DNA of 63,712 bases, filler included, from Reticulomyxa filosa (Eukaryota > Protista > Foraminifera), in the NCBI GenBank assembly GCA_000512085.1. It is 21 parts of 21 records of this genome, joined end to end, with 100 filler letters (N's around TTAATTAATTAA, not from the genome) between each part and the next. Parts side by side here need not be neighbours in the genome. Positions count along the whole stretch, not along the records: positions 25,086 to 27,018 come from ASPP01038251.1; positions 27,119 to 29,798 come from ASPP01006501.1; positions 29,899 to 36,470 come from ASPP01005147.1; positions 36,571 to 38,220 come from ASPP01047440.1; positions 38,321 to 39,342 come from ASPP01035246.1; 16 more parts are not named here. The stretch is one strand, 5' to 3'. The notes below the pieces were generated by a model. It saw only the letters and a program-made list of their open reading frames with translations. It was not told the DNA's origin and ran no database searches. This document shows positions 26,126 to 39,442 of this stretch, piece by piece; position 1 is the stretch's first letter; each line of letters begins with the position of its first letter. Made by a program: the position numbers and the translations under genes.

Positions 26126-27118
26126 ATTGATCTTGTTTGGTTATGAGTTCTTTTGAAAGACCCTCCCATCCTTGCAAAGTTTTGGTTAATTTGCTTGAGC
26201 TTTCTCATCATTCTCGATTGCTAGCAAAACAATTTTACTGATCTGTCTCAAAATACTTTTCTTAAATGCATACTGAGGAAATGGTATTTCAACAAAACAA
26301 GTGTATTTTGGGAGTCTCGTGGGTTCCCAATGTTCGACTAAAAAAACACACTCGAAATGTGAATGTTGCTGTTTTTTCATTAATTAGTTTCCTTTGTTGA
26401 AAACTTTACAAAAAACAGTAAGGATTTGTTTATTTTTTTTTGACTTTTTGTTGATGAACAATCCGAGACTTAAACTTTTTTCTTGTTCGACCCCTTTCAT
26501 TAAAAAAAAGAGATGATACTCTCGAATGTCGAAAGTAAAGAAAAAAATTGGAAAACCAAAAAGAAACATTTTTCCTTTCTGGTTGCTTCCCCAAAGAGTG
26601 GGTATCGCTGACAAATGAATCAAAAAGATTGGAGACTATTAAATCTTTACAATTTGGTCGCAAAGATAGCAAGTTAAAGTCTTTATTGTTGTTGCAAAAA
26701 AGAGTTTAACGATCTTTTGTTTATTTTGAATTTGGAAATAACAACAAAAGGCCTTTCAATAAAATGTTGTATATGTGCGATTACTTTTCGCAAACAATAT
26801 TCTGTCATTCAATGTGTTTCTTTCTCCAATTACGTTTTGTCATTTCGTTTGTTATTTCATTTGTCTAGAGAGTATCTTTGTATATTCCATTGGATGCAAT
26901 TTTGGATAGTTATAGATCGAGAATCTTTCGAATATCGTTACTTTTTATTTCAATTGTTTTATCATTATTCATAACAGCGTTCAATGACTATCAGTTGATC
27001 TAAACAAAAAGGAAAAGGNNNNNNNNNNNNNNNNNNNNNNNNNNNNNNNNNNNNNNNNNNNNTTAATTAATTAANNNNNNNNNNNNNNNNNNNNNNNNNN
27101 NNNNNNNNNNNNNNNNNN

Positions 27119-27151
<33 letters not shown>

Positions 27152-27249
27152 TTAATTTATTTGTTTGCTTGCTTTTTTTTCTTCCTTGTTCCGGAAATGT
27201 TCCTTTTGTTTCCGACAAAGAAAAATATCTCCACAGAACACCATCTCTT

Positions 27250-27494
27250 CCTGTAAAGTGACTTAACGCTAATTTGGTCCCAAATGGAGTTGACTTGTCA
27301 TTGTTCATTTCTTCCAAATCCTTTCCCACTCGCATTTCCTCCTTGGAAGGAAACTTGGACTGCTTTTCGCTTAAGAACGATTGCGAACGGGTCATCCTTA
27401 GCTTTGAAAACAATGTCAATGGAACGTCTTCATCCATTGTTTCACAGGAAAAATTTGAAGATTCAAAAGAAACATATGAGCTATCAACATCCAT
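27250..27494 (-). CDS. N-terminal exon, possibly UBC/E2-like (partial)
   Basis: ATG at 27494; EEMRVGKDLEEM resembles E2 helix 1 (R..KD..E). Weak. Confidence 0.3.
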
Positions 27495-27757
27495 GTTTGA
27501 AAACGCTACAGCATTCTTTCAAAAAAAGAAAACCCCCTTTTCTTAAAAAAATTTTGGAAGTTTGATGTCAAAGTTTTTGCTCTTCTACAAGCAAGTAGAC
27601 AGTAAGAAAAAAATGTTGCAAATAAACTATGGAAAATTTTTATGAATTCGAAAGGTATTGTCTGGGAGAGAGATGAACAAGTGAGTTTGGTACAATTTCA
27701 CAAAAAAAAGTTATTTTTGTAAGTACAAATTAAATGACAATTGTAATAATATGGAAC

Positions 27758-28598
27758 TAAAAGTGGGCGATGGACAATGAAGAAAACGAAAACTTGTCCC
27801 CTTTGATAAAGCAAAAGCCTCTAAAAACGCAAAAGGAATACCTTAGCACAAACATAAATCTTAAAAAATCTATCAACAAAAGCGAAACGAAAATAAATAA
27901 ATAAATAAAGAATAAATAAAAAAAGACGTTGATAATCTGTTGTTTAAGCTTTTTCTGAGAAGCGATCTTTTTTTCATATTGAAAGATGATCTGTAGATAC
28001 ATACTGTGATTGAAACTGTGGGTCGACTTGTTCTTTTGTTTGTTGTGGACCGTCATCTGAAATGTTGTTTTTTTTTTTTTTTTTTGCGCGTACGTATACA
28101 TTTTTTAAGGATACGTATTTCTCAAACAAAGAAATAAAAAAAAAAAAATTAAGACCTGTGTACTCCAGAGAAATCAAAAGGGGTTGTGCGACTTCCATAT
28201 CTTCCATAGTGGGAAAGCCAATAACAAAGGTGGGAGAGAGACTAAGGTTGGCCATCAAATGATGTGTGAGTTGCTCGGCCCTCTCTGGGAATAGTAGTTG
28301 CACGTCCTTGGGATTAATGTACAGAAAACATCGGTTTTGGATATTAACCAAATGAGTGTGAACTGTCTGTTGTTGTTGTTGTTGTTGTTGTATTGCTGGC
28401 TGTGATGCATTCACTACTGCAGTCGTCGTCGTCGTCGTCGTCGTCGCAGACGATAAGGGCGGCCATGACGCTGCATGATGATTCGACACAGGAAGCATCA
28501 TCGCACTCTGTTGTCGATAAAACGTTTTCCATTGTTGGTATTGTTGCATGCAAAAGTTCAACTCCATTTCGACATTTGATTGGATCCATTTCAAGTGT

Positions 28599-28636
<38 letters not shown>

Positions 28637-29089
28637 TGTGTTCTCCACTTTATATCTTTGAGTGGTTTGCAATTGTTGCTGCAATGTGTTGATATGAGCG
28701 GCCATCCTTTGCAGCTGCTGATGTAACATACTCAACATCGTCGCAGCGGCAGTCTCCACCGAAGGATACGTTTCAAGTGCCTCTTTCTTTATCACCTCCT
28801 CGCTCTCTTCCTTTTCTTCACCTTTTGCACTTCCTTTTTCTTTTTCTTTTTTTTTTTCTTTTCCAGTTTTTTTCCCTACTCCTACTCCTCCCTCTGTTGC
28901 TGTTGTTGTAGTAAGGGGTCCTTTCTCGAGAGTATCTGCTGCAAGTGTCAATGGCTTTTCGTTCGCTTCATTGCCAGCACTTGTGGCAGTGTCAATCCGT
29001 TGACTCTTTGTTCGTGTCTCTGCTTCTGTTGTTGCTTCTTCTTCTTCTTTTTTTTTTTTTAGTTTCAATGAGTTTTTTTTACTTATACA

Positions 29090-29127
<38 letters not shown>

Positions 29128-29660
29128 TATGTCAAATACGCTTGGCGGATATAAAACAAAGTGAAAACAAATGCATTGTCAATCATGAACTCGGGTGTTG
29201 CAAACAGGCTTGCACTCGGTCAGTTGGGACAGTGGAAGAGAGTCCCTTTGGTTGAGCGACGTCCGTGTTGTCGTCTGCACTACTCGGCTCTTCCACACTC
29301 TCGCTTTCCTCACTCGTCTATATATGTATATATATGTATATATATATGTATATATGCATATATGTATATATACACACACAAACACAAATACACATATTCA
29401 ATGCATACAATAACATAGAGCCTCTAAAATAAAAATAAAAATAAAAAAAAAAACGACGTATACCTGCAGACTCCAAGGTTCAAAAAGCAAAACGAACTTA
29501 CGAAAGAGTTTGAAGTTTAAGGTTTTCATGATCTCTTTGGCATCGGCTTTCTTTTTGAACAATATCAGTGCATAATTGCCTGGTTTGTTCGCGAGTATCT
29601 TGAAGTTTATATCCACGCCTGCGACCGTCTCGTCTCCTGTTTCATTGTCACAGTGACAAA
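27758..29660 (-). CDS. Multi-exon RRM-containing low-complexity protein (partial)
   Basis: KPGNYALILFKKKADAKEIMKTLNFKLF (RRM-like) and VHLVNI...FVIGFPTMEDMEVAQ (second RRM-like), with polyQ/N/T tracts. Confidence 0.55.
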
Positions 29661-29702
29661 AAAGAAACAGAGTTGGGTTGTCAATTGCACAATAATGAGA
29701 TG

Positions 29703-29703
29703 A

Positions 29704-29763
<60 letters not shown>
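29703..29763 (+). repeat. (TAT)n microsatellite (intronic)
   Basis: About 20 perfect TAT units. Similar tracts at 7316-7375 and 28601-28635 encode poly-Asn on the minus strand. Confidence 0.9.
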
Positions 29764-30639
29764 GCGGAACACACACACACACACACATACACACAAAANN
29801 NNNNNNNNNNNNNNNNNNNNNNNNNNNNNNNNNNNNNNNNNNTTAATTAATTAANNNNNNNNNNNNNNNNNNNNNNNNNNNNNNNNNNNNNNNNNNNNAA
29901 AAAAAAATAAAAGAGTTTGTATTTTTTTATTTTATTTTTTATTTTTTTAATAAAAAGTATGTTTGTTTTTTTGAATAGGCATGCCCCCATCAAAAAAAAT
30001 ATATGTGTCCCCCTCCGCTTGCAAAAGAAAAATATATATAGGAATATTGGAAATTGAGCTTTTAGCTCCGATACAAAAAGTATGTTATTTTGTTTTTTTT
30101 CTTAAAAAATGAAAAACTTTATTTTGTGATATATTTACAGGAGTCAAGATCAAGAAAAAAATTGGAAGTTTTTTTTATTTTTATTTTAGATTAGATTGAG
30201 ATGGGAAATAGGGGAAAAAAGGGATGGAAAAAGGATTGGGAAAAAAAGTGAAAAAAAGTGCAAAAATTAAGATGAAAAAATGTAGAAAATTTTATTTAAG
30301 AAAATGAAAAAGAATGATAAAATAAAAAAATGAAAAATATTGAAAAATGAAAAAAAAAGAAGGGAAAAAAGGTGATTGGAAAATTTTTATTTGAGAAAAG
30401 AAAAAATGAGAAAATTAAAAAAAGAATAGAAAATTTAAAAAATGAAAAAAAATAAAATTGACAATGAGAAAAAATGAAAAAAGATTAAAATGAGAAAAAA
30501 AAAAGAGAAAGAGTTAAAAAAAGAAAATGAAAGGGAAAAATGTTGTGAAATGAAGAATGAAAAAAATAAGAAAAATAAGAAGAAAAAGAATAAAAGAAGA
30601 AAAAGAAGAGACAACAGCGACAACAGTTTGATGCGGAGA

Positions 30640-33600
30640 TGGATCGCTTATATCGTGTACGTGCGCACATGCGCAACTTTGATCTTTAGTATGGTGTTGT
30701 GGTGATAGTAGTTGTGTGATTTGCATTTGTCGAACAGCGCCGATTATCTTTGTGGAAACGCATGTGTCAATTCGACAAGGCCAAATTGTGTCACTAAGCA
30801 CAATGTCGACTACACAGATGGACTTCGTGCAATACTCTAACAGTTCAATCAAGGATAATTTGGATATTGGTGTTGCCAGACGACGAAAGCAAGCTCGCCA
30901 AGAGAAAAAAAGAAAGAATTCGGTGAATGAGCTGTGACGATACTGGTAATTAAGAAGATGAAAATGATTAGAAGAAGAAAGAGAATCTCTAAGGCATATC
31001 GCGTTGGATTGTTTAAAAAAAAACTTGTCGACTGGCTTCTGAGTTTGGTTATGGAATTTCTCTTCATTCGGAAACGCGCAAAGTTGCCACTCGCGGGGGT
31101 GAACTAACTTCAACACGCTCCAATGGAAAGTTTAGAACGAGTGTGGCAACCTGAAATACTTGAAAAACTTGTTTGCCATAACTGGTGCACACAAATCTCT
31201 TCAAATAATTGTTGAAGTGTCAAAGCACCAAAGACAGAGCCGAATTGCGATATACATGTGCCAACAACAATGAAATTCAGTCGTAATTGAATGGCGTAAT
31301 TTTATCGACTCATGAAGACAAGCGAAATTAGTGGTATGCGTGCGCACATTCGCAACTCTGTGTTTTAGATTGTGCATGTGCAGATGGAGGGAATCTTGGC
31401 AACGAATACGCCTAAAAAAAAAAATAATAAGAATTGTGCTCACTCAATCTTTAGATTGCAAATAGGAACATTGAATATACTGGAAGTACTCGCGCAAAGT
31501 AGAAAGATACCGACATTGTGATATTGCAACGGCGGCAGAGAAGAAGTGGAAGTTGAGGAAAAAAAGAACGTGGAACTTGTTAGGAATACTTGTTCATGGA
31601 GATCGAAAAAACCACCACATTGGATAATCGTTCCATGTGATAGTGGTTCAACTTGGTGGAGGAGTTTTGTAAAAATCCGCAATACATTGTCAAGCAAGAA
31701 GATGGATACGGTGAGGATGAAAAAAGAAAGAGGACATCAAAATAATATCGCATTTGATCTGTGTTTTTTTAAAAAAAACACTTGTCTGCAAGATTTATTG
31801 ATCGTTGCTATTGTATTGGCTTTTCACGTTCGCAAGTGGAGACTTTGCGTGTTTCAAGATATACACTACCTTCCCGTCAATGAACGAGTGTGGTAGTCAG
31901 AACAATAGGAACGAAATTGTTCGCCATCAACATAGGCGCAAAGAAATCTCTGCTGACAATTGTTGGCGTGGCACAGCGCCAAAGATGGCATCGAACTGTG
32001 ATTTACCGGCGCCAACAATAAATGAAGCTCGGTCGTCATGAAAATTTTGTTTCGATTGTTGATAAAGTTATCACCGATATTGGGAACTCATGTCAAAACT
32101 TGTTGTGTGTGTACGCGCATTCGCAACTTGGAGTTTGGTCAGTGCATAAGCTAATGGGATGAATCGTTTGCAATGAATACATCCAAGAATGAAAAAAAGT
32201 TATACTATCTCCATCATTAAACGGCAAATCGAAATATTAGATGTACTGGAAATACCCGCGCAAAGTGTGCTATCATCAAAAGTAAGATAATTTTTTTTCA
32301 AGTGGAAGTCGATGAAGAAAAGAACGTGGAACTTGTTAAAAAACACTTACTTATCTCAATCGAGAAAACCACTGCATTGGGAGAACATTCCATGTGAGAG
32401 TGGTTCAACTTGGTGGAGGAGTTGTGCGAAACTCCGTGAAGACATTGACAAGCAAGAAGATGAATATAAGGAGGAAAAGGAGGAGGATGAAGAGAATATC
32501 GAAACCATATCGCGTTGGGCCTGTTAAAAAAAAACAACAAACAAACAAGTCTGCCAGATGTACTAATTGTAGTTATATACTGGCCCTTTACGTTTGTGAT
32601 TGAACACTTGTGCATTTCCAGATATGCACTACCTTCACATAGAGCTCATCAACCAAAGAATGAATAAGTGTGTGAACATGTCTTGCAGTGGTAACTCAAG
32701 CAACTGAAAAGAGCTTGTTCGCCATCAACATAGGTACACACAAGTCTCTGGCGCTGTGCCACGCCAACAATTATTCTCAAAGAGGGTGCCAAACCGCGAT
32801 TTACAAATTCTAACGAACAAGAAAACATCGGTTGTTAAAAAAAATGGTGCTAACTACTCGTGTCGAAACTGGTCGTGTGCGTACGCACATTCGCAGCTTT
32901 GAATTTTTAATTTGTGCGTGTACTGCCTATAGTAAAAATGATGAACTTGCTATTGACAAAAGCATTGCAACAAGCCCTCTCTATCTCTCTATCTTTTCAC
33001 AAATCATAATTTTCTGACTTAGTTGGCAAAGACTATCGGCATTTATTCGACAGACGCAAGGCACGCAACTCTTGCAGTGATAATATCCGGGATTGACGAT
33101 GAACTACAGATGGCGTGTTGAATGCGACGCAATAATTTATATTCGTTGCATTATCCTAGTACTTAAAAAGAACAATAAAGTGATGGCTGCCAATTTGAGT
33201 TGAATTCGAGTCGACGTAGTTTTAAATTGTAAATCGCGTGGTGATCTCAAAAATCGTTGAACCAGGGCACTCAAGAATGACCAGAACAAATACGTCGAAT
33301 AATGGAGAAGAAAATACGAATTGTACCCTACCTCCGTCATTGAATCGCCAATCCAAATGTTACCGAATGGACGCATAGTGATGGATGCAAAAATTTCGAA
33401 AAACGACCATTATCCAACACCAAGGTGTATCCCTCATCATAAGGGCTGCAAGAGTGGATGAACGTCGTATTGTCAAAATATCCCATCATATGATGGCATT
33501 GGAATAATTGGAAAAAAAACATTGTCCCAGTTCAATCGTGGACAATCTTTCTGTTTGGTAAGCTTGCTTTCGTAGTCGGGTAGCACCAAGATCCAGAAAG

Positions 33601-34000
33601 AAAGATGTGAAAATAACGCTCAAAATAAAAACGATATCGATATCACGGTATCGAAACAGCAGCGGCGACTGGATTGATCAAAGAAATGGAAAAAATAGAA
33701 GACAAAGAAAAAGAAGATGTCGACGTTGTATGAAATAACCACATATGGCGGTCCAGTAAGCCATTCTCACATGGAACCATTATCTCGATGCTGTGGCTCC
33801 AATTTGGTGGATGAGTTTTGCGATACTCAAGATCATTAGCAAATAAGAAGAAGAAGAAGATTTAGAAAAAGATTATTCCAAGGCCATACCATTGTTGAAT
33901 TCTTTTTTTTTAAAAAAAAGACATTCTGTCGACGTTACTTTGATTATGGAATGGCTCTTCACACCCACAAGCGGCGACTTTACGCATTTTTAACATGTAC
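30640..34000 (+). repeat. Degenerate tandem array of ~700-800-bp units (decayed repeat-protein pseudogene)
   Basis: The motif gtgcgcacattcgcaact recurs at ~30660, 31340, 32110 and 32880. The block gtggaag...aagaacgtggaacttgtta...tggttcaacttggtggaggagtt recurs at ~31546 and 32302, and more divergently at ~33716. Confidence 0.75.
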
Positions 34001-35809
34001 TAATTTCATATAGTGCGCCCCCAATGCAAGCTACTGGATGGTGTGTGATAATGTCAAGCGCATTTCCAACAATGATGACAACGACAACAACGATAATGCA
34101 GTCCATGTTCCTTCTATTCATTTGTCAATTACTTCAATACCTTGGACTGGTGTTGTTGTGCTCCAATATTTGAGTGCCACTGTGCGCGGAAGAGAGCTAA
34201 TGCTGTTACGTGCTTATTACAAAAAGCAACAAGGTCGTACCAACCGATAAATGAATCGACAATTCAAAAGTCGCTCCATTATTTGCCGAACGAAACAAAA
34301 GTTTGGATATTGGCAATGTATTGGCGGTGCTGGGCCCTGCTGAGTCAAATACGTGAGCAATATTTTATGTCTGCAGTCGAGCCCATCATCTCTCATCTCA
34401 AAGAAGTGGTCGCTGACAAGACCGCCACTCAAAAAAAATGTTTGCTCTAGGGGAAGAGCCTTTCAGTGATATTAGCTTCCTTCAAGTCAGTTTAATTGTT
34501 CCAAATAATGGAATACTTGATGGAGGCATTATCATTGAAATCAACGTACACATTCCAACACAAGAGCTCAAAGTATTTCGTTGGTCATTTGTGCACCTGT
34601 CTCTTTCCTGTTATCTGACGCCATAATTCGTGATTGGGTCCATCGCTCGAAAAAGTTTTTGTTTTATGTGTACATATTTAATATATAACATCTTTATAAC
34701 GTATATTTATTATTTATTTATACATATTTGTTATGTGTTGCTTGAACTTTTTGAATAGATATTTAAAGGCATGCGAATGGAAATGGGCAAGTTGTTGCTG
34801 TTAATATTGTCATTTGTGCTGAAGTGAATCCCCGGCAATAATGGTAATAGTAATGGCAACGGCGTGCATTGATTATGGATCATGGCATTATGCTCTGAAT
34901 AACTATAATTTGGAAAAAAAAAATTAAAGGTCCATATTCGTGTAATGTGCTCATGATTGATTGAAAGTGGTGAGCTGCGCAACCTGTATTCCAAGTTATA
35001 ATATTTTTAAAAAAATAATTGGAAAATACTTAAAACATGTACGATGAATACACACATATATAACATAGATCATATTCGAACATTAGAAAGTGGTAGTTGC
35101 GGTGCAGCAAGCAAGGGTGAAGTCAAACAATGCCAAGTTTATGGCATATCCGATTGCAAGTATCGATACTTGCCCCAAATATTGTTTGTTCCAATTATAA
35201 CTTCTTTGGTTTTTTTTTAATAATGTCAATTTCTTTCTCCAACTCACCTAATTCATTTCTCATCAAATCATATCTATCGTAAAAAATTTTTGAATTTTAA
35301 TATTTTAAATCTAAGAAAGTTTAAATCGAATCTATCTGTATCTTTTCGGTTTCACTTGTCTTTGAAAAAACTGACAGCTTGAATTAATTGCGTGTGATAA
35401 TGTGCAATATGCTCTTATATTGCTTAGAGTTGGTGCCAAGAAAAAAAATAAGTACTCTAAAAGAGCAACGCGTAAGAGTCGACTGTACAAAATAGGAATT
35501 AATTCTTGCCACTATTCCTCGAGTAGTATCTTTTTGCTGTCATGTAAGAATAAGAATACCATAAGAGAAAGGAACAAAAAGAGGAAATAGAGCTGAATCC
35601 AATGAAGCCAATTAGAACAAAAATATCAGTAATATTGGTGATCGGAAGTTGGTAAGATGTGCAAGTTCTTTGGCCATGAAAATGAACAAAGGAAAAAAGC
35701 AGAATAAGCGATAAATACATGAATAGTAAAACAAGATTTAAAAAAAAGCGATACAAAATATTAATTTTTCATCATTCAATTTGACAAGCTAAATCTTTTT
35801 TATTTACAT

Positions 35810-36130
35810 GGCATAAAAGATACGTTTCAAGAGAAGATTTTATATAACGTTTTGAGTATGAATGTCGATCCATTGATCATCAAATACTTCATATACTTGT
35901 GCTTTTGGAATTTCACTCTCTAGACCATATCGTTTTACCAATGATGGTAAGATAGTTAAAATAAGTTGAAGAAGAAATGGTTCTTCTACCATTTTTGTAA
36001 GTTGATAATTATTTAATGTTTTTTCATATTTATTTAGTGTCTAATCATTATTATCAATCTTTTTCTTATTTCTAGATTGCTTTGTTGTTTTGTAAATGGC
36101 CATGAGTACATCGTTGATGTGTTATTTGAA
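35810..36130 (-). pseudogene. Decayed fragment of a NACHT-WD40 paralog
   Basis: Aligns by eye to ~22130-22520: ...[44 protein letters not shown]..., with stops and frameshifts. Confidence 0.85.
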
Positions 36131-36699
36131 TTAAATTATTTTTAATATCAATGTATAGACTATCTTTTCAATGATCGCAGGTATATTACCCATTATTTTC
36201 TTCTTCCATTACATTACCACATAATCGTATTAATGTTTTCAACTCCGTTGGGTACTACAATATTGCATTCCTCCCACAAGTCTATCATTGTTTTTGCTTA
36301 CAGAGCTCATCACTTGTTCATCTTTATATGTATACGCATACATTTCCTCTTTAGCCTATGTGATCACAAGGACAATCACGTGCGCACAATAAAAAGAACG
36401 ACCAACTCGTGTATTTATTATTCATCCTCTCACATTAATTACATCTGGATTGTATATTCTCCAAATAGTTNNNNNNNNNNNNNNNNNNNNNNNNNNNNNN
36501 NNNNNNNNNNNNNNTTAATTAATTAANNNNNNNNNNNNNNNNNNNNNNNNNNNNNNNNNNNNNNNNNNNNGGAGACAAGAGGGCAGACGATAATACATGA
36601 ATAGATTTTACCACGCGAAAAACACTCGGTAATGACTTAAACAAACAAATATTTTTACTTTTTTCACAAAAAACGATAATACTGAAAACAAAACAGAAC

Positions 36700-37330
36700 A
36701 AGTGGCAAATTTAATAGTGGAAAAATGGATTCGACCTGCAAGAATTAAAAGAGGATGGATTAATGAGTTTAATAAACTCATTGCAAAATGTTAAGTGTGT
36801 TTTTTTAAAAAAATTCAGATAGTATTAATTGACATGTTTTAACATAGGCAAAAGATTTAAGTTATTTAAAGAATTGCAAGTGCACTCAAAAAACGTAATG
36901 ATGGCAGCATTTTCAGCAGACAATTACAATGTCATTGTGACAAGAATTGATGAATTTTAAAGGAAGTGCACTGCATTATGTGAAATTTTCTTCAAATAAT
37001 AAATATATTGCGTTAAGTTCACAAAATGGAATATAATTATGGGATGTAAATTCTAGAAATGAGACAAACCTGCATCATTCAGGGCCATTACATGGTATAC
37101 AAATTTCACCTAATGGTCAAATGCTTCTATCAGCTGATTATAAAACAATTTCGTTATGGGTATACAATCAGGTGAATAGTGAAAAAATGAAAAATTCTAT
37201 TAGTTTTACACGATTTACACAATTTCTCCAGATGGTAAATATATTATGATTTACGAATACTGATTGATACAAACATGAGATGTAGAGTCAGGGAGATTAT
37301 TAGAACAAAAGTGCATATCTCCATTTATGA
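36700..37330 (+). pseudogene. WD40-repeat family pseudogene
   Basis: EKWIR...GWINEFNKLI leader, then LFKELQVHSKNVMMAAFS, GIQISPNGQMLLS and QFSPDGKYI, broken by stops and frameshifts. Confidence 0.75.
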
Positions 37331-37449
37331 TCGGAATGATATATTTCCCATATAATTAAATTTTTGTATTTTGGTTATGTGATGATTGGATACATCATTT
37401 TACTTAGTCATTTTCTTCGACCACATAATTTTCTTATATCTTTTCATTG

Positions 37450-38220
37450 TGTCAAATTGACTAATCAAACACAAAAGAATATGTCTGATAAAGTAGAAGT
37501 ATTCAAAGTTCCAACTTTAGCTTTAAATCGAGTTTAAGCGAAGCAAAAAAGGACAATAGTTGCTTCATTCAAAGGTATGGACCCCATTTTGTTTCTATTG
37601 TTTGTCCAGCAAATATATTCCAACATTTGACAAAATCTTTCCACATTTGAGTAAGATTTGTCTCTTTACAATCATCGCAAATGATATCTTAACAAATTTT
37701 TGTTGAACTTGATATTTGGTTAACTTTCCAGAGTATTGCACATAGCAATGCTTCATCCATTGTGCAACGGAAGGTAACAATTTGACACATTCAAGTTTGT
37801 CAATCCATTTTAATGTATGAAACAGCAATGGATATCTATGTTGTAATTCGGTATCATTATAAAATTGATTGGCCAAGTTTGATGCAAAGAGATGGTGAGT
37901 GACCAAAAATAAATGAGGGGTATATTGTCTTTTAAATGATTCATGACTTTCTTTTATCTCACAAAGAATCTTATTCATTTCCTTTGATTCAACAGATATC
38001 TTTATCTCATCATACAAATTTTTAAATTTAATAAAAAATGGAGCATAATAACTTCCAATTCTCCTTTCAAAATCTAATACGTTTTGATAATTATTGCTTT
38101 CCAATTGTTTGGGATATGCTTCTTCCCACCATTGTGGAAAATTTGACATCCAACAATGTAAGGCAACGCAAAGTTGCTCTTCATTCAGTTCTGTCATTTG
38201 TGATAGCTGTTCAAATTTTG
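37450..38220 (-). CDS. Fragment resembling the C-terminal region of RNF213-like giant E3/AAA proteins (possibly pseudogenic)
   Basis: CVKLLPSVAQWMKHCYVQYSGKLTK..., then after a frameshift MWKDFVKCWN, resembling the LP.....F...WN segment of RNF213-like proteins. Confidence 0.35.
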
Positions 38221-38391
38221 NNNNNNNNNNNNNNNNNNNNNNNNNNNNNNNNNNNNNNNNNNNNTTAATTAATTAANNNNNNNNNNNNNNNNNNNNNNNN
38301 NNNNNNNNNNNNNNNNNNNNGCAGTACTTCTTACCTTTCATTTTCGTCAATCAAAAAAAAACAAAAAAAAAACAACCTTTTTTTTAGAGTT

Positions 38392-38720
38392 TTATTTTTT
38401 AATATGCTTTGACAGTACCGTGTTCTCCAGAGACAAAAAGAATGATCCTTTTTTATCCTTTTCTGCAAAATCTAGGACTATTATTGCCCGTCCTGTGTGC
38501 ATCTTTACGCACCAATGTCGAAATATTCCATTGGCTATGTTTGGAATTGGACGAGCCAACAACCACACTGCCAATATATCGTCGTCGTACTCTGCGAGTG
38601 AGTCTGCTGCGTACTCGACATCCTCCTTGTCAATTTCAAAAGCTGTGCTTGATGTCCATGATCCTTTTGAAATAATTGATGATGTGTATAAAATATTTGA
38701 TGAACTAAACATTTTAGGAA
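38392..38720 (-). CDS. Hypothetical protein exon with HW motif (possible permuted papain-like fold)
   Basis: ILAVWLLARPIPNIANGIFRHWCVKMHTG. Confidence 0.3.
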
Positions 38721-39442
38721 GAAATACCAGTAAATAAACGCTTTTTTTTACAAGGCTAAAAAACGCCAAGATGTTGCGTATTATGGCTTTATTACTTGAT
38801 GACCATCTTCAACTAAAATTTATAATGTCCAAATGAAAATAGATGAAAAAAAACAAATAAGATATGTCAAATAAAATGTACATATCAATATGAAAATTAC
38901 AAATCAAACAACGTTATTTATTTGCTCTTGTTGTGTAGGAAGAGTGATTGTAATACGAAAATAAGTTTATTCTGTCAATAATTTTCAGTAAGCAAAACAA
39001 ATTTAATAAAAGTAATAATCAAAACAAAAGACAAGAAAACAAGAAAAGCTTGATTAAAGTGAAAAAGGAAGTCTTAGGAACAAAGGTCCGTACTCTCTAA
39101 ATTACAACTGTTGGAAACAAAATTTTGTCCTGAAGTATTCCAGTCGCTTTCTATCGAGTTCGAATAGTACTCGCATAACTGCAACATCAGCTCTGTTCTC
39201 GTCGTGCAATCCAAGTAAATCGTGATGTAGGGCACTTTGCGCACTTCTTTCATCGGAATATACTTGCCATCTTTGAATACATTGCACTCGCTGTCGTTCA
39301 CCAAATACATACACGCCAACAGACAACGGTACAATCAAAGCANNNNNNNNNNNNNNNNNNNNNNNNNNNNNNNNNNNNNNNNNNNNTTAATTAATTAANN
39401 NNNNNNNNNNNNNNNNNNNNNNNNNNNNNNNNNNNNNNNNNN

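Noticed and set aside
29899-30620. A/G-rich tract and K/E-rich ORFs as telomeric repeat or real protein
   Set aside because: Low-complexity, no fixed unit, interrupted by stops.
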